A stretch of 64,000 bases of DNA. Origin: Felis catus. Lineage: Eukaryota. Location: positions 122,700,001-122,764,000 of the forward strand of contig NC_058368.1 of NCBI RefSeq assembly GCF_018350175.1, given 5' to 3'. A program made the translations under genes and the position numbers. The notes beneath the pieces were generated by a model that made no database searches, had not been told where the DNA came from, and saw only the letters and a list, made by a program, of their open reading frames with translations. Positions 50,161-61,791 of the stretch are shown here, piece after piece (position 1 is the first letter of the stretch; every line of letters starts with the position of its first letter).

Positions 50161-50769
50161 AAGTTCACACTGATTCTTATTGTTTAACATCAGGTTCTTT
50201 TGTTAAATTCAAGTATAATTATTTACAGATATTTAAAAATAGGATCTATGCTAGAACTCCATTTCCCTAAAGTAGCTCCAAGTCTCCCCATCCACCTGTA
50301 TAGTTACATAGAAAGATGTCTAGGATGATATCCCTGTATTGATAATGATGATCAAATGATACAATTTGTAGGTAAATTTCACTGTCATCTATTTGCCTAT
50401 ATTGTTTGAGGGTCTTTCCCCCAACTTAAAAAAAAAAAAATTATAAACTCGAAGTTGGAAAATTGGTACAAAGTCCCATCTAGATTCTCCCTATGGTAAC
50501 TACTTACATAACCATAGTGCAATGGCAAAACCAGGAAATTACCATTGGTATAGTACAAACTACAGGCTTGATTCAGATATCACCAGTTTTCACATGTACT
50601 GATTTGTGGTGACTGTCCATCTTAACTCTGTTTACTCCCCGGTGAGCACTACTATTATGGGTGGGGTGGGGTACAGAGCACATTGTACATCATAGGGATA
50701 AACACATACCTACTTTGAAAAATCATATCACTTATCACTCATATGGCAGGAAGTTATCTTTAATTACTG

Positions 50770-50944
50770 GTGATGATGTACTTGAGTTGGCTTGTACCAG
50801 CCCTGAAGACCGATTGTTAAATATTCTGGAATTTTGTCACTGGTGGCTTGAAATCAGCCATGGTAGAAATGTTTATCTTAGAGAAATCTGCAAAGAGTAT
50901 AAATCAAGGCTTCCTGTCTCTTCCTGCTTGCCAGCATACCATTG
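50770..50944. mobile_element. MER63-like hAT element
   Basis: ggcttgtaccagccctgaagaccgattgttaaatattctggaattttg...ccagcataccattg terminus. Confidence 0.65.
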
Positions 50945-51571
50945 ATCACAAGGCATTTACAGTTTGTCTTGGCTAATCCTAATTCCCCATATCCCTCCTT
51001 TCATCTGGGTCTCTCTGTAAAACCTTATTCCCTTGTAAGACAAAGCCTGATGGGTTCGCCGCCCCCCCCTTCCCCCACCGGCCTCAGGGCTGTAAAACAA
51101 AACAGCTAGATAATCCAGTAAAAAAGGTTCTCTGTTCTACTTTAGTATATCGCCTTTCTGGGTAACTCACTTCTGTTTTGCCCAGAGACTTTCTCGAATA
51201 TGTATTTGTTTTTAACTCCATGAGAATGTTTGAGGGCATGTGAGAGACAGGCAGCAGAAAAGGTAAGGAGGGTAGAAGGAGCAATGGGGCAGGCAGCCGT
51301 GGTTTACCCACACTCAGGGTCAGCCCTGACTTCACTCCCCCAGTCCCACCCTTCCCTCTGTAGAGCAGCAGGGAGTCACTGGGCCCTCCTGGTTAAGGGA
51401 GAGGACAGGAATGGAGGGGAGAACCTTGTTTTCTACTTCAAAAGAGGTCAAAAGCCAAAGTGATTCTTTGCAGAGAACAGTGTGAACACACAACCTTTTC
51501 TATAGTGAGGAGACAATATCCTTCCATCTTTAGTTAACACGCTAGCTATGTTTCTTCTTAACTCTTAGGAT

Positions 51572-52016
51572 TGTTAAAGAAGAATTCAACTGAGTAAATT
51601 TGAAGATTTAATTGGCTTTATAAAGAGATTCATGAATCAGGCACCATCCCACCTGGCAAGCAGAAGGAAGTTTCGAAAAGTTGTACGATATGGAAGGTTT
51701 TTATAGGTGAAAGCGTGGGGCAATGAAGTTACTAGTAACAGGAAAGGAAGGATTGTTGCAGGCAAGGTCACTTTCCCTTAGGGGGAGAGCAGAGTGTCTT
51801 ATGCATAACCCCTTTGAGGGGTTGGGATGGGGATGGAGAGGGTCCACAGGACAGATTACCTCACTGGTGCTGACCAGAAAATTTATGACTGATGGGTTAA
51901 GACTACACTTCTCTGGGAGGTTGAAACTGTAGTTAGGTTAGGTATTAAGCCTCAGTTTGGTGACATGGCCTAGCATAAGTGACTCCATCTTGGGTCTGTG
52001 GTTTCCTTTTTACCAG
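51572..52016 (-). mobile_element. ERV1-class solo LTR
   Basis: Antisense start cccaagatggagtcacttatgctagg; antisense TATA (ttttatagg ~51700); TG...CA ends. Confidence 0.7.
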
Positions 52017-52120
52017 TACATTAATTATAGATACGCACACACAAAAGAGTAAAAACAAAAATATAACTTTCCTATTCTGTATTCTCCCCTTGTCTACATA
52101 TGCTGCTCATTTAACAGACA

Positions 52121-52889
52121 TGGTAGAGGGGAGTAAAATTTGCCACCTCAAACGTGTCGCTTTGGCATGTGGATTATTTTGGGCTGATTATTTTTAATTT
52201 TTTTTTTAACGTTTATTTATTTTTGAGACAGAGAGAGACAGAGCATGAACGGGGGAGGGTCAGAGAGAGGGAGACACAGAATCTGAAACAGGCTCCAGGC
52301 TCTGAGCTGTCAGCACAGAGCCTGATGCGGGGCTCGAACTCACGGACCGCGAGATCATGACCTGAGCCGAAGTCGGCCGCTTAACCGACTGAGCCACCCA
52401 GGCGCCCCTGGGCTGATTATTTTTAAGACACAGAAGATTTAAGAAGAAACTCTGACCTTCCCTCTAACTACCTAAAAGAGTTTAGGTAGAGTTCCCGTTT
52501 CAAAAAGGGAACTATCACTACAGATTAAGCCCAGTATAATATGAACTAGGTGTGGTCGAAAGATCGAACTTGGCAAAGTATGTTAAAATTTCTATGTCCA
52601 ATTGTTTCTATAAGGCCGAGCAAACATTTGTTTACCGAACCTTTATGTTTTTTCATCTTTCTGTGAATTGTCTTTCTTCCCCTGAAGTCTCAGATCTCCA
52701 CCCTCTTTTCCTTACCTCTGAATGGCATATAAGCCTCAGTTGCCTGTTGTATGTGGGCCTCATATTCTTGTGATGACCCTTTGAGTAATTAAATTTGATT
52801 TTCTCCTATTAATCTGTCTCACATCAATTTAACTCTTAAACCAGCCAAAAGAATCTTAGATGATAGAGGAACAATTTTCCTCCCCAACA
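52121..52889 (+). mobile_element. MER34-like ERV1 solo LTR with a SINE at 52198-52408
   Basis: gccacctcaaacgtgtcgctttggcatgtggattatttt start; ttttcctccccaaca end; SINE 18-bp TSD tgggctgattatttttaa at 52180-52197 and 52409-52426. Confidence 0.82.
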
Positions 52890-53184
52890 TGTTTTATGTA
52901 TAGCCTAAGCCAGGCACTGTGGGGCGCATTAAATATTCTCTCACCTCAAAGACCTAATCACTGTTTGGAGACAAAAAGCACACTGGCAGCACAGTATAGT
53001 GCAGTGAGCACAAACTTCAGAGGTAGATCTGAGTTCAAATTCTGACTCAGCCAATTATTAGCTGAATAAACACCAGCAAATCACCAAAATTTTATGTGTT
53101 AGTATCTTCATTAGTAAATGCAACGTTAAGAGCATGAATGATAATAATTGAAACCCTACCCTATAGGGAGCATTTTTTAAATGA

Positions 53185-53289
53185 AGATTTTATTTCTTTA
53201 GGTAATTTCTACATCCAGCATGGGGCTTGAACTGACGATGGCGAGATCAAGAGTCACATGCTCTACCAACTAAGCCAGCCAGGTACCCC
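53185..53289 (-). mobile_element. Short older-type CanSINE
   Basis: aagattttattt...gagatcaagagtcacatgctctaccaactaagccagccaggtacccc. Confidence 0.88.
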
Positions 53290-53913
53290 ATGTATGGGAC
53301 ATTTTACGTAGCTTACTAATGTTTTATTTTATTTCATTTTAATTTAATCCTTATCATAACCCTTATCATAATAAGTTGTATTATTTCCATTTTACGAATG
53401 AGAAAATTGAGCCTCAGAGACATTCATTAACTTAATTAAGGTCACAGAGCTAACGGGGAACAGAGTTGGGACTCACAAGACCAGTCTAGAGGCCATACAG
53501 TATATGAAAAAAAATGCATAAAAATTCCTGACATATGGTAGAGTCTCAGCCACTGTATGTTGTTATTCATTTAATATATAAATAATTACATGTTAGTTAT
53601 ATTGATGATTATATTAATATTATATAGGATTATATATTATATGATGCCTTAATTGCATGAATTAATTATATATATATTTTAGGGGAAGTTCACTACACTT
53701 GAAATCAGATTATCTGAGCCATGTCTTGGCTCTGCTATTTATTAATTCTGCCAAGAGCCAAGCCATACAAGTATTCTCATTTATACACAGGCATGCCTGC
53801 CACATGGTAGCTGTTCAATAAATGTTGAAAAATGAAGGAATAAAAAAAATGAGTGAATAAACAAATGAATAAATGTTTAAGATCTCTTCTAGATCTAAAA
53901 AACAACCGTTCTC

Positions 53914-54100
53914 GGAGCGCCTGGGTGGCTCAGTCGGGTAAGCATCCAAACCTTGGTTTTGGCTCAGGGCGTGATCTCATGGTTTGAGCCCCGTATGGGA
54001 TTCTGTGCTGGTAGTGCACAGGCTGCTTGGGATTCTCTCTCTCTCTGACCCTCCTGCGTCCTCTCTCTCTCAAATAAATAAACTTAAAAAAAAAAATAAA
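53914..54100 (+). mobile_element. CanSINE
   Basis: Head, core and tail. Confidence 0.9.
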
Positions 54101-54869
54101 AGAAAGCAAGCAACTTGTCCTTATGTACACAAAGAAAAACTGTCAGCGATATCGGAGTTCCAGATGCACAAGATCACAGAAGGTCCTTATAGTGCCCCCC
54201 TGTGGTACTAAGGGGTAACTGCAAGGTCATTGCACAGGCTTCCCCGCAGCGCCGGGTCCTTCACACGTTGCCAGGGATTTGTCCAGCCCATTGTTTGCTC
54301 TCCCTCCACGGCCTAATAACCCCTGCCCAAGCAGGAAGGCTTCTGCTTGCTCCTCTGCATAAATCACTGTTTATTCTGCAATATTCTGGTTGCGTGTTTT
54401 TCCTGAGTGGCAGGATTTAGGGAAGGACTGTTCTTTCATACTTTGTGCTCTCGTATCATCCTGTGTACTTTTTCCTTTTACACTAACAAATGAACTTCAA
54501 ACATAACAAATAATACAAATCTGATTTATGGAGACTGCCAGTGACTGGGCCCTTATATAGCAGTCATACATTAAAATTTTCTGTACTAATCTTGCTACAT
54601 GTCTCATTTAATTCTGACAACAGCTCAACAAGGGAAATGATTTCATTATCCCATTTTATAAAAAAGGAAAGGGAGGCTTGGAATGATTCTCTCACTGAAT
54701 AACACATACCTAGTGGCAGAGGTGGGACTGGGGCCTAGTCTGTTGGTCTTCTATACATAAAATGCCTTTCATAGCAGGAAAGAAAAGATAAATAAGTCAG
54801 AAAGAGAAAAGACAAACATGATTGGGTCTCTGCTTTACTTTCTTCCTCTTATTTTTTAAAAATACTTTT

Positions 54870-55235
54870 ATGTTTTATTTTATTTTATTTTTGAGAGAGA
54901 GAGAGAGAGAGAGAGAATGAGGAGGGGAGGGGCAGAGAGAGGGGGAGAGAATATCCAAAGTGGGTATTTGATAGCCAAAGCGCTGATAACAGCCGAAGTG
55001 AGGCTCCAACTCACCACCGGTGAGAGCATGACCTGAGCCGAAGTCTGACGCTTAACCGACTGAGCCACCCCAGGTGCCCCTAATTTCATCAGTAAATAAA
55101 AGAAAATGGTGGGGCCCTGGGTGGGGCCCTGGGTGGCGTCAGGTTCTGTCCTATCAGTGTGGATCCCACTTTGGGTCCTTGTTCTTTTTCTCTCTCTCTC
55201 AAAAATAAAAATAAGTAAATAAATAAAGAAAAGAA
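54870..55235. mobile_element. Antisense CanSINE variant (54870-55080) and an internally deleted sense SINE (55113-55235)
   Basis: Head-to-head arrangement; the second head is duplicated (ggggccctgggt x2). Confidence 0.85.
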
Positions 55236-56114
55236 AATTGAAGGTCCTGGCTCATTTTGAACTGTGCTTTCCCATCGCAGCCCCATATATATGCAGGGGG
55301 ACGCCAGTACTAAGAAGCAGGGATCCTTTGTCAATTACACAGAGACATACAAAATGCTGTTTATGATTAAGAAGGGCAGACTAGTGGAATAAAAGCTTAT
55401 TTAGCCAACGTTTTGTGCAAACAACAAGAAATTATTGGTGTGTTCATGCTTCTTGGGAGGTAAATGTTTTTTAAGGACAAATCCCTAATTTTTTCTTCAA
55501 AAATTCCTTTAAGAAACATAATACGTTTTGGCAAAGATATTTAAAACATAACACTGTTATTTAAAAAAATTCAAGTGCATTCACATAGAGAAACTCTAGA
55601 CACAATAACATACCTTTCCTTGTCTGCTCCCTGGGGAGGGCTTGCTTCAGAGGTGGAGAATTAGGGAGTGAATCTGATGAACTGCCTTGACCCCTTTTGT
55701 CTGGCGTCTGAGCGAGTTTGGAATATTTGGAGACTGTGTAATTGGTCGCTAAGTTTTTCTGAGCCTTTGTGTTTGTAAATGAATTTGCTGCCTGGGTGAA
55801 GACAACTCAGCTCCCTGAAATGAAGGAAGGCTAAAACACCAGGATGGTGAAAAACCCTATCAGGAGAGTGGACAAGGCATTGCTTCTATTTAGATTACTG
55901 CTTTCCCATGGATGTGTGCAAGAGAAACACAAAACCCAGGGACACAAAATACTCCCTAAGATCTGCTTCACATTTTCCTTGAGCTAACACTTTTTGCTGG
56001 GCTTCCGGACAAATGCTCCCCTCCTGTGGTCAGATAGTAAAATACAGGGGGAGTTAAGGTGAAGCGAGCAGGGAAATGTGGCTTTCTGTCTAGTTTTTTT
56101 TAAGAGCTTTTTAA

Positions 56115-56309
56115 AAAAATTTTTTAATGTTTATTTTTTTTGAGATGGGGTGGGGGGAGGGCAGGGCGGGGGAGGGAGAGAATCTTAAGCAGGCTTTGCA
56201 CTGTCAGCACAGAACCTGATGTGGGGCTTCAACTCATGAATTGTGAGATCATGGCCTGAGCTGAAACCAAGAGTCAGATGCTTAACCCACTGAGCCACCC
56301 AGGCACCCC
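56115..56309 (-). mobile_element. CanSINE with TSD
   Basis: aagagctttt on both sides. Confidence 0.93.
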
Positions 56310-56961
56310 TGAAGAGCTTTTGTTTTACGGAATAAAACTCTTCTTGCAAATGGAAAAGAGGGGAAAAAAATAAGGAAATAAGAAAAACCCAGAAACTACA
56401 ACAAAATAACTTTCCAAAAAATGCCCAATTTACCTATTTCCACCTTCATGGAGACTTTGATCATCCAAACAAAAAGCGATTCCTCCCTCCATAGTTCCGT
56501 ACATAAACAACAGAATAATTTAGTGAGACTTGACTAGGTAGTAGGAATTATGTGACATGCACAGGACCGAAAGTTGAAAAAGGCTTATTCTCTGCCCTCA
56601 GATAACTCAGATTTAATTGGGGGTATGGTGGGGTCAAACAGAGCAAGTAATATACATGGTAAATGACAAGCTAGGTTAACACTAATGCTTCGGGAGAACA
56701 AAGGCTATTTTGTTCATTCTCTTGAAGAAGATCATGGCTCAGCAGAGTCTTTATGGATAGGATTTATCCAGGGCATACATGGCCATGCTGAGGAGAGAAT
56801 GTGAGCCTTATTTTCTGGAGTTTGGTTAGATAAAATAGCAGCCTTCTGCTGTCTGCAGTGTCTTACCCCAGGTCCCACTCCCAGGTTTATGTCATGTGTT
56901 GAGTTCAACAAGCATTTGAGAGTTAACCCAAGGAAAGCATGGGAAACCAAGAAAGGATTTT

Positions 56962-57400
56962 ATTTTTCAAAGTTTCTTTATTTATTTGAGAGACTGAGCA
57001 TGTGTGAGCAGGGGAGTGGTCAGAAAGGGAGGGAGAGACAGAATCCCAAGCAGGCTCCTCACTGTCAGTGCACAGCCTGATTTGGGGTCTGATCTCATGA
57101 ACCATGAGATCATGACCTGAGCTGAAATCAAGAGTCAGATATTTACCAACTGAGCCACGTAGGCACCTCCCAAGATGGATTTTTAAAAAATTTTTTTAAC
57201 ATTTATTTATTTTTGAGAGACAGAGTGCAAGTGTCGGGGGGTGGGGGTTGCAGAGAGAGAGGGAGACACAGAATCTGAATCAGCCTCCAGGCTCTGAGCT
57301 GTCAGCACAGGGCCTGACGTGGGGATTGAACTCACAAACTGTGAGATCATGACCTGAGCCGAAGTCAGACACTTAACCGACTGAGCCACCCAGGCGCCCC
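56962..57400 (-). mobile_element. Tandem antisense CanSINE pair with triplicated target site
   Basis: ccaagaaaggatttt / ccaagatggatttt / ccaagataggatttt at 56947, 57170 and 57400. Confidence 0.93.
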
Positions 57401-57494
57401 CAAGATAGGATTTTAATGCGAACAACCTGGTCTGATTTCCAAATTAAATCAAACTGGAAACAAGTAGGTATATTCATTGTGTTTTTATCAGATG

Positions 57495-57583
57495 GTTTAA
57501 CTCTACGCCCAAAGTGGGGCTTGAACTTACCACCCCAGGATCACAAGTCTTGTGCTGCACTGACTGAGCCAACCAGGTGCCCC
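57495..57583 (-). mobile_element. Short older-type CanSINE
   Basis: actctacgcccaaagtggggcttgaact...gagccaaccaggtgcccc. Confidence 0.82.
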
Positions 57584-58042
57584 AGTAGTGTAGATTCAAA
57601 GACGGCATAACTGGACAGTTAATTTAACTAAGAAACTGCTGCAGGAGTTCAGGTGGAAACTCCTAATAGAAGTGATGAAGAACAGAAGACAGGAGAACTA
57701 AGCTCACTGAAACTTGGGAAGGATTCGATGCTGAGGGTCAGGGAAAAATAGGAGAGAATGAAGGCCATGGATCCATGATTTCATCTAGAATCTCCCACTG
57801 AGTTGGGGGAACATGAGAAAGAGCAGTTCTGGAATGAAAAATTAACTCAGGACACTTACTGGTTTGTGTTATCCACATGGCTTTTCATCATCCTGGATTG
57901 ATTTCTGTTTCGTTGTTTCTCGGCCTGATCTGTCTTATTTTCCTACAAGTTCATTGACAGCAAGGACCATATCTTGTCTCAACATCCCTTAAAATGCCTT
58001 TTGAAAAAACACTCTTATCAAATTGTTAAAAATGTCATTCTC

Positions 58043-58458
58043 GGGGTGTCTGGGTGGCTCAGTCGGTTAAGTGTCTGACTACAGCTCCTATCGTGATCTC
58101 GCAGTTCATGACTTCAAGCCCTGTGTCGGGCTCTGTGTTGACAGCTCAGAGCCTGGAGCTTGCTTCTGATTCTGTCCCTCTCTCGCTCTCTCTCAAAAAT
58201 AAACATTAAAAAATTTTTTTGAATAAATAAACATCAAAAAAAGTTTTTTTAATGTCATTCTCGGGGCACCTGGGTGGCTCAGTTGGTAAATATCTGACTC
58301 TTGATTTCAGCTCAGGTCATGATCTCAATGGTTTGGGAGTTTGAGCCCCACATCAGGCTTTCAACAGACAGTGCAGAGCCTGCTTGGGATTCTCTCTCTC
58401 CCTCTCTCTCTGTCCCATACATGCACACTCTCTCTCAAAAGAAATAAATAAACTTTAG
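58043..58458 (+). mobile_element. Tandem CanSINE pair with triplicated target site
   Basis: aatgtcattctc at 58031 and 58251; aaagttattctc at 58459. Confidence 0.93.
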
Positions 58459-58528
58459 AAAGTTATTCTCATAAAAATAAATGAACATATGTCTAAATGT
58501 TATGTACTTCATTAATTAAAGAAACCAA

Positions 58529-59437
58529 TCAACATCACTCATCATCAGGGAAATACAAATCAAAACCACAATGAGATACCACCTCACACCTGTCAGAATG
58601 GCTAACATTAACAATTCAGGGAACAACAGATGTTGGCGAGGATGCAGAGAAAAAGGATCTCTTTTGCACTGCTGGTGGGAATGAAAACTGGTGCAGCCAC
58701 ACTGGAAAACAGTATGGAGGTTCCTCAAAAAGCTAAAAATAGAACTTCCCTATGACCCAGCAATTGCACGACTAGGCATTTATCCAAGGGATACAGGTGT
58801 GCTGTTTCGAAGGGACACATGCACCCCCATGTTTATAGCAGCACTATCGACAATAGCCAAAGTATGGAAAGACCCCAGATGCCCACTGACAGATGAATGG
58901 ATAAAGAAGATGTGGTATAGATATATACAATGGAGTATTAGTTGGCGATCCAAAAGAATGGAATCTTGCCATCTGCAACAATGTAGATAGAACTAGAGTG
59001 TATGGTGCTAAGTGAAATAAGACAGAGAAAGACAAATATATGTTTCACTTATATTTGCAATTTAAGAAACAAAACAGATGAATATATAGGGGGAGGAATG
59101 TAAATATAAAATAAACACAGAGATGGAAGCAAACCATAAGAGAACCTTAAATAGAACAAACAGGGTTGCTGGAGGGGAGGTGGGTGAGGGATGAGCCAAA
59201 TGGCTGATGGGCATTAAGGAGGGCACTTGTTGGGATGAGCCCTGGGTGTTATGTATAAATGATGAATCACTGGGTTCTGCTCCTGAAATCATTATTGTAC
59301 TATATGCTAACTAACTTGGATGAAATTAAAAAAAGAAAGATAGGAGGAAAGAAAGAAAGAAGGAAAGAAGGAAGGAAGGAAGGAAGGAAGGAAGGAAGGA
59401 AGGAAGGAAGGAAGGAAGGAAGGAAGGAAGGAAGGAA
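58529..59437 (+). mobile_element. 5'-truncated L1 (ORF2 C-terminus + 3' UTR) with (AAGG)17 tail
   Basis: [24 protein letters not shown]...TCTPMFIAAL; disrupted frame; flanks aagaaacca / aaggaacca. Confidence 0.93.
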
Positions 59438-59684
59438 CCAGCAGAACAACTAAGCTGGTTCATGAAAAGTTTGAAGAATGGGAAAAGATAGGCTGAATTG
59501 AAGACAGTAGGTTGGAAACTAGGCAGGTTAATTTGTATACAGGACAAAAACCTAATTTTTGGGTTTTTCTTCTTCTATAAAGCAGAAATAAAAAATATAG
59601 GTCACACTTTATCAACATTCTCTAAGTCTGTGACTGTACATGTGTACTCTCATCAATTGTTGCATTTCCCCGAGGTCAAATAAC

Positions 59685-59868
59685 TTTCTTTTTTTTTTAG
59701 TTTATTTATTTTTGAGAGAGAGCGTGAGTGGAGGAGGGACAGAGAGCCAGGGGGACAGAGGATCCGGGTCTGCGCAAGCCCAATGCAGGGCTCTCGAACT
59801 CACAAACTGTGAGATCATGACTTGAGCTGAAGTCAGACACACAACTGACCTAGCCACTCAGGCGCCCC
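59685..59868 (-). mobile_element. CanSINE
   Basis: Flanks aaataactttct / aaattaccttct. Confidence 0.9.
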
Positions 59869-61720
59869 AAATTACCTTCTAGCTAGCATGTTTGAAACCC
59901 CTCCAAGGTGAAATTATAAAGATACACACTCATCATTTTGTCTTATTCTTATTTAAGATATTTTTCTACATACTTTCCTATAGTAGCTCTTAGAATATTT
60001 AATGTGCATTTAAAAATTTTTCAATTTATATCCTGTGCTGTATAAAAATAGATTTGAGGTGGTATAAATTACAGGCTAAATTAAAGGCAAAACAATAAAA
60101 TCAATAAAGTAAAAAAACCAGAAAGAATTGATAGGATGCCATAATTAAATTTTAGATTTGTTCGTGCATTTCTAGGTAGGGTAAAATAATTTGCACAGTA
60201 AATTATCTCTTTATAAAGGAATAAAAATTCTGTTCCTGAGGTGGTTCTTATTTAGTTTTGTTTTTCCTCCTCCTCCTCAATTCTAAAAAAAACAAAGTGT
60301 CATATGGAGCTTCAGATGGATAACATACATGTAGTGGCCCTTGTTCTCAAAATTTTATAGTAATTACAGGCACAGATTACCAGTGACTATTTGTTACTGA
60401 ACCTTTTGATCAAAAGGTTCTATATTCACATAGAATGTATTTGTCAAAAACAGATTTTTATTTGAAGTATCTTCAGTGAGCAAAAAACCCTTCATAATTC
60501 AACCTCACATTCCATATGTAACTACAAAGTTCCTTAAATAAAATAAGCATGCTCCGTCAGCCATTTGGCATAGATCTTTAGCCAGGAGGTAGGCAACCAT
60601 TTGTCTAAATATCTGCACTTGTGTGACTGTACTTGCTCACCTGGAGGTAAGAGGCAGCGCTGTATCCTCAGAGGGATCCCTCTGTGTAGATGTTCACTCA
60701 TCTCCCAGGCACTGTAGTAGAAAGTGTCTCCCATCCCCTGCACTATCTCCAGGAGACAGTGGGGTACTCTCTTCATGAGCTAGAAGTCAGTTGAGTTGCT
60801 GACATGATGGCATAGTTGAGGTATGTATCAGAATTAAAGTTCATCAAAACAGAGCTTTTCATTTATAAAATTAGATAGAATCCATAACAATAGCGGCCAA
60901 TTTCCTAGAATATTGACATGCTTGGTACCTTTCTCAAAGAGGTTCAGTCAGTTGTAAGGCTTCATCAAATAATGCAGATTGTGATGTCTTGAGGGCTGGG
61001 GCTTTGTTTTAGTTTTCTCTGTTTTAATGGTTTGACACGGCACACAGATGGTTCCTAGAAAAGAGTAACAGAAGGTTGTAATGAACGGATGAGCAATGCT
61101 TTTTGCTTAAGCACTTAAGTCAACTAAAGTTTGCTGCAGTTAAAAATAACTGGATACAACTGAAAAAAGAAACTGTCTTGGCATGGGTTTTTGAAGCCCA
61201 CCCCCAAATACCATTATTAGTTTTACTGGTTCTTAACAATGACCTACAAAATTGTACCTCATATTGTGCCACCCTTGGTTCTTTGTTTGATGCATACATG
61301 GGTTGTTTCCCACATTAAACTATAAGCTCTTTGAGGGTAGACCCGTACATACCAGGCCATAAGGATGGGTACATAATGGATGCTCACATAATACATACTT
61401 GTTAACTTGCTACATTTAGTGACCCTGTACAATAGGGAACAAAGGCGGTGGATAAAGGAAAAGAAATATCTGGAATAAGGATGGCAAATACCCGTTAAGA
61501 TTCTCTCCCAAGTTACACTCAGAGCAGGCATGCTGAATGATCATTGTTCCCTCCTCAGAAGTGTAAATTCTGCCTTCGATGCTTCACCACAGTGCTCCTG
61601 ACAGGTGCAATAAAAATTCAGAGTGAACACATGAGGAGAAAAATGTTTCCTATCCTTGATCACTGTCATTATACCAATAGCTCTGATTTGCTTGAGCCTG
61701 TTTTTCAAAATACAGTTAAG

Positions 61721-61791
61721 CACAACAAGACAAAAACAAAAACCTATGAACGATGCAAGATAAAGTTTTAAAAAATGCAGCTTGTTTTATT
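61721..61791 (-). terminator. Candidate cleavage/polyadenylation site
   Basis: AATAAA on minus (TTTATT 61786-61791); GU/U-rich downstream element (plus-strand cacaacaagacaaaaacaaaaa, 61721-61742); several UGUA upstream. Confidence 0.6.

Noticed and set aside
58691..58990. 99-aa ORF
   Set aside because: Disrupted L1 ORF2p remnant
543..59825. Many similar short ORFs (MAQSVK...AQVMIS...SLEPASDSVS; RERERE...)
   Set aside because: They are translations of CanSINE copies, mostly from GTG/TTG starts, not a gene family
493..59868. tRNA-like A/B-box sequences
   Set aside because: They are the tRNA-derived heads of CanSINEs; no cloverleaf tRNA gene is evident
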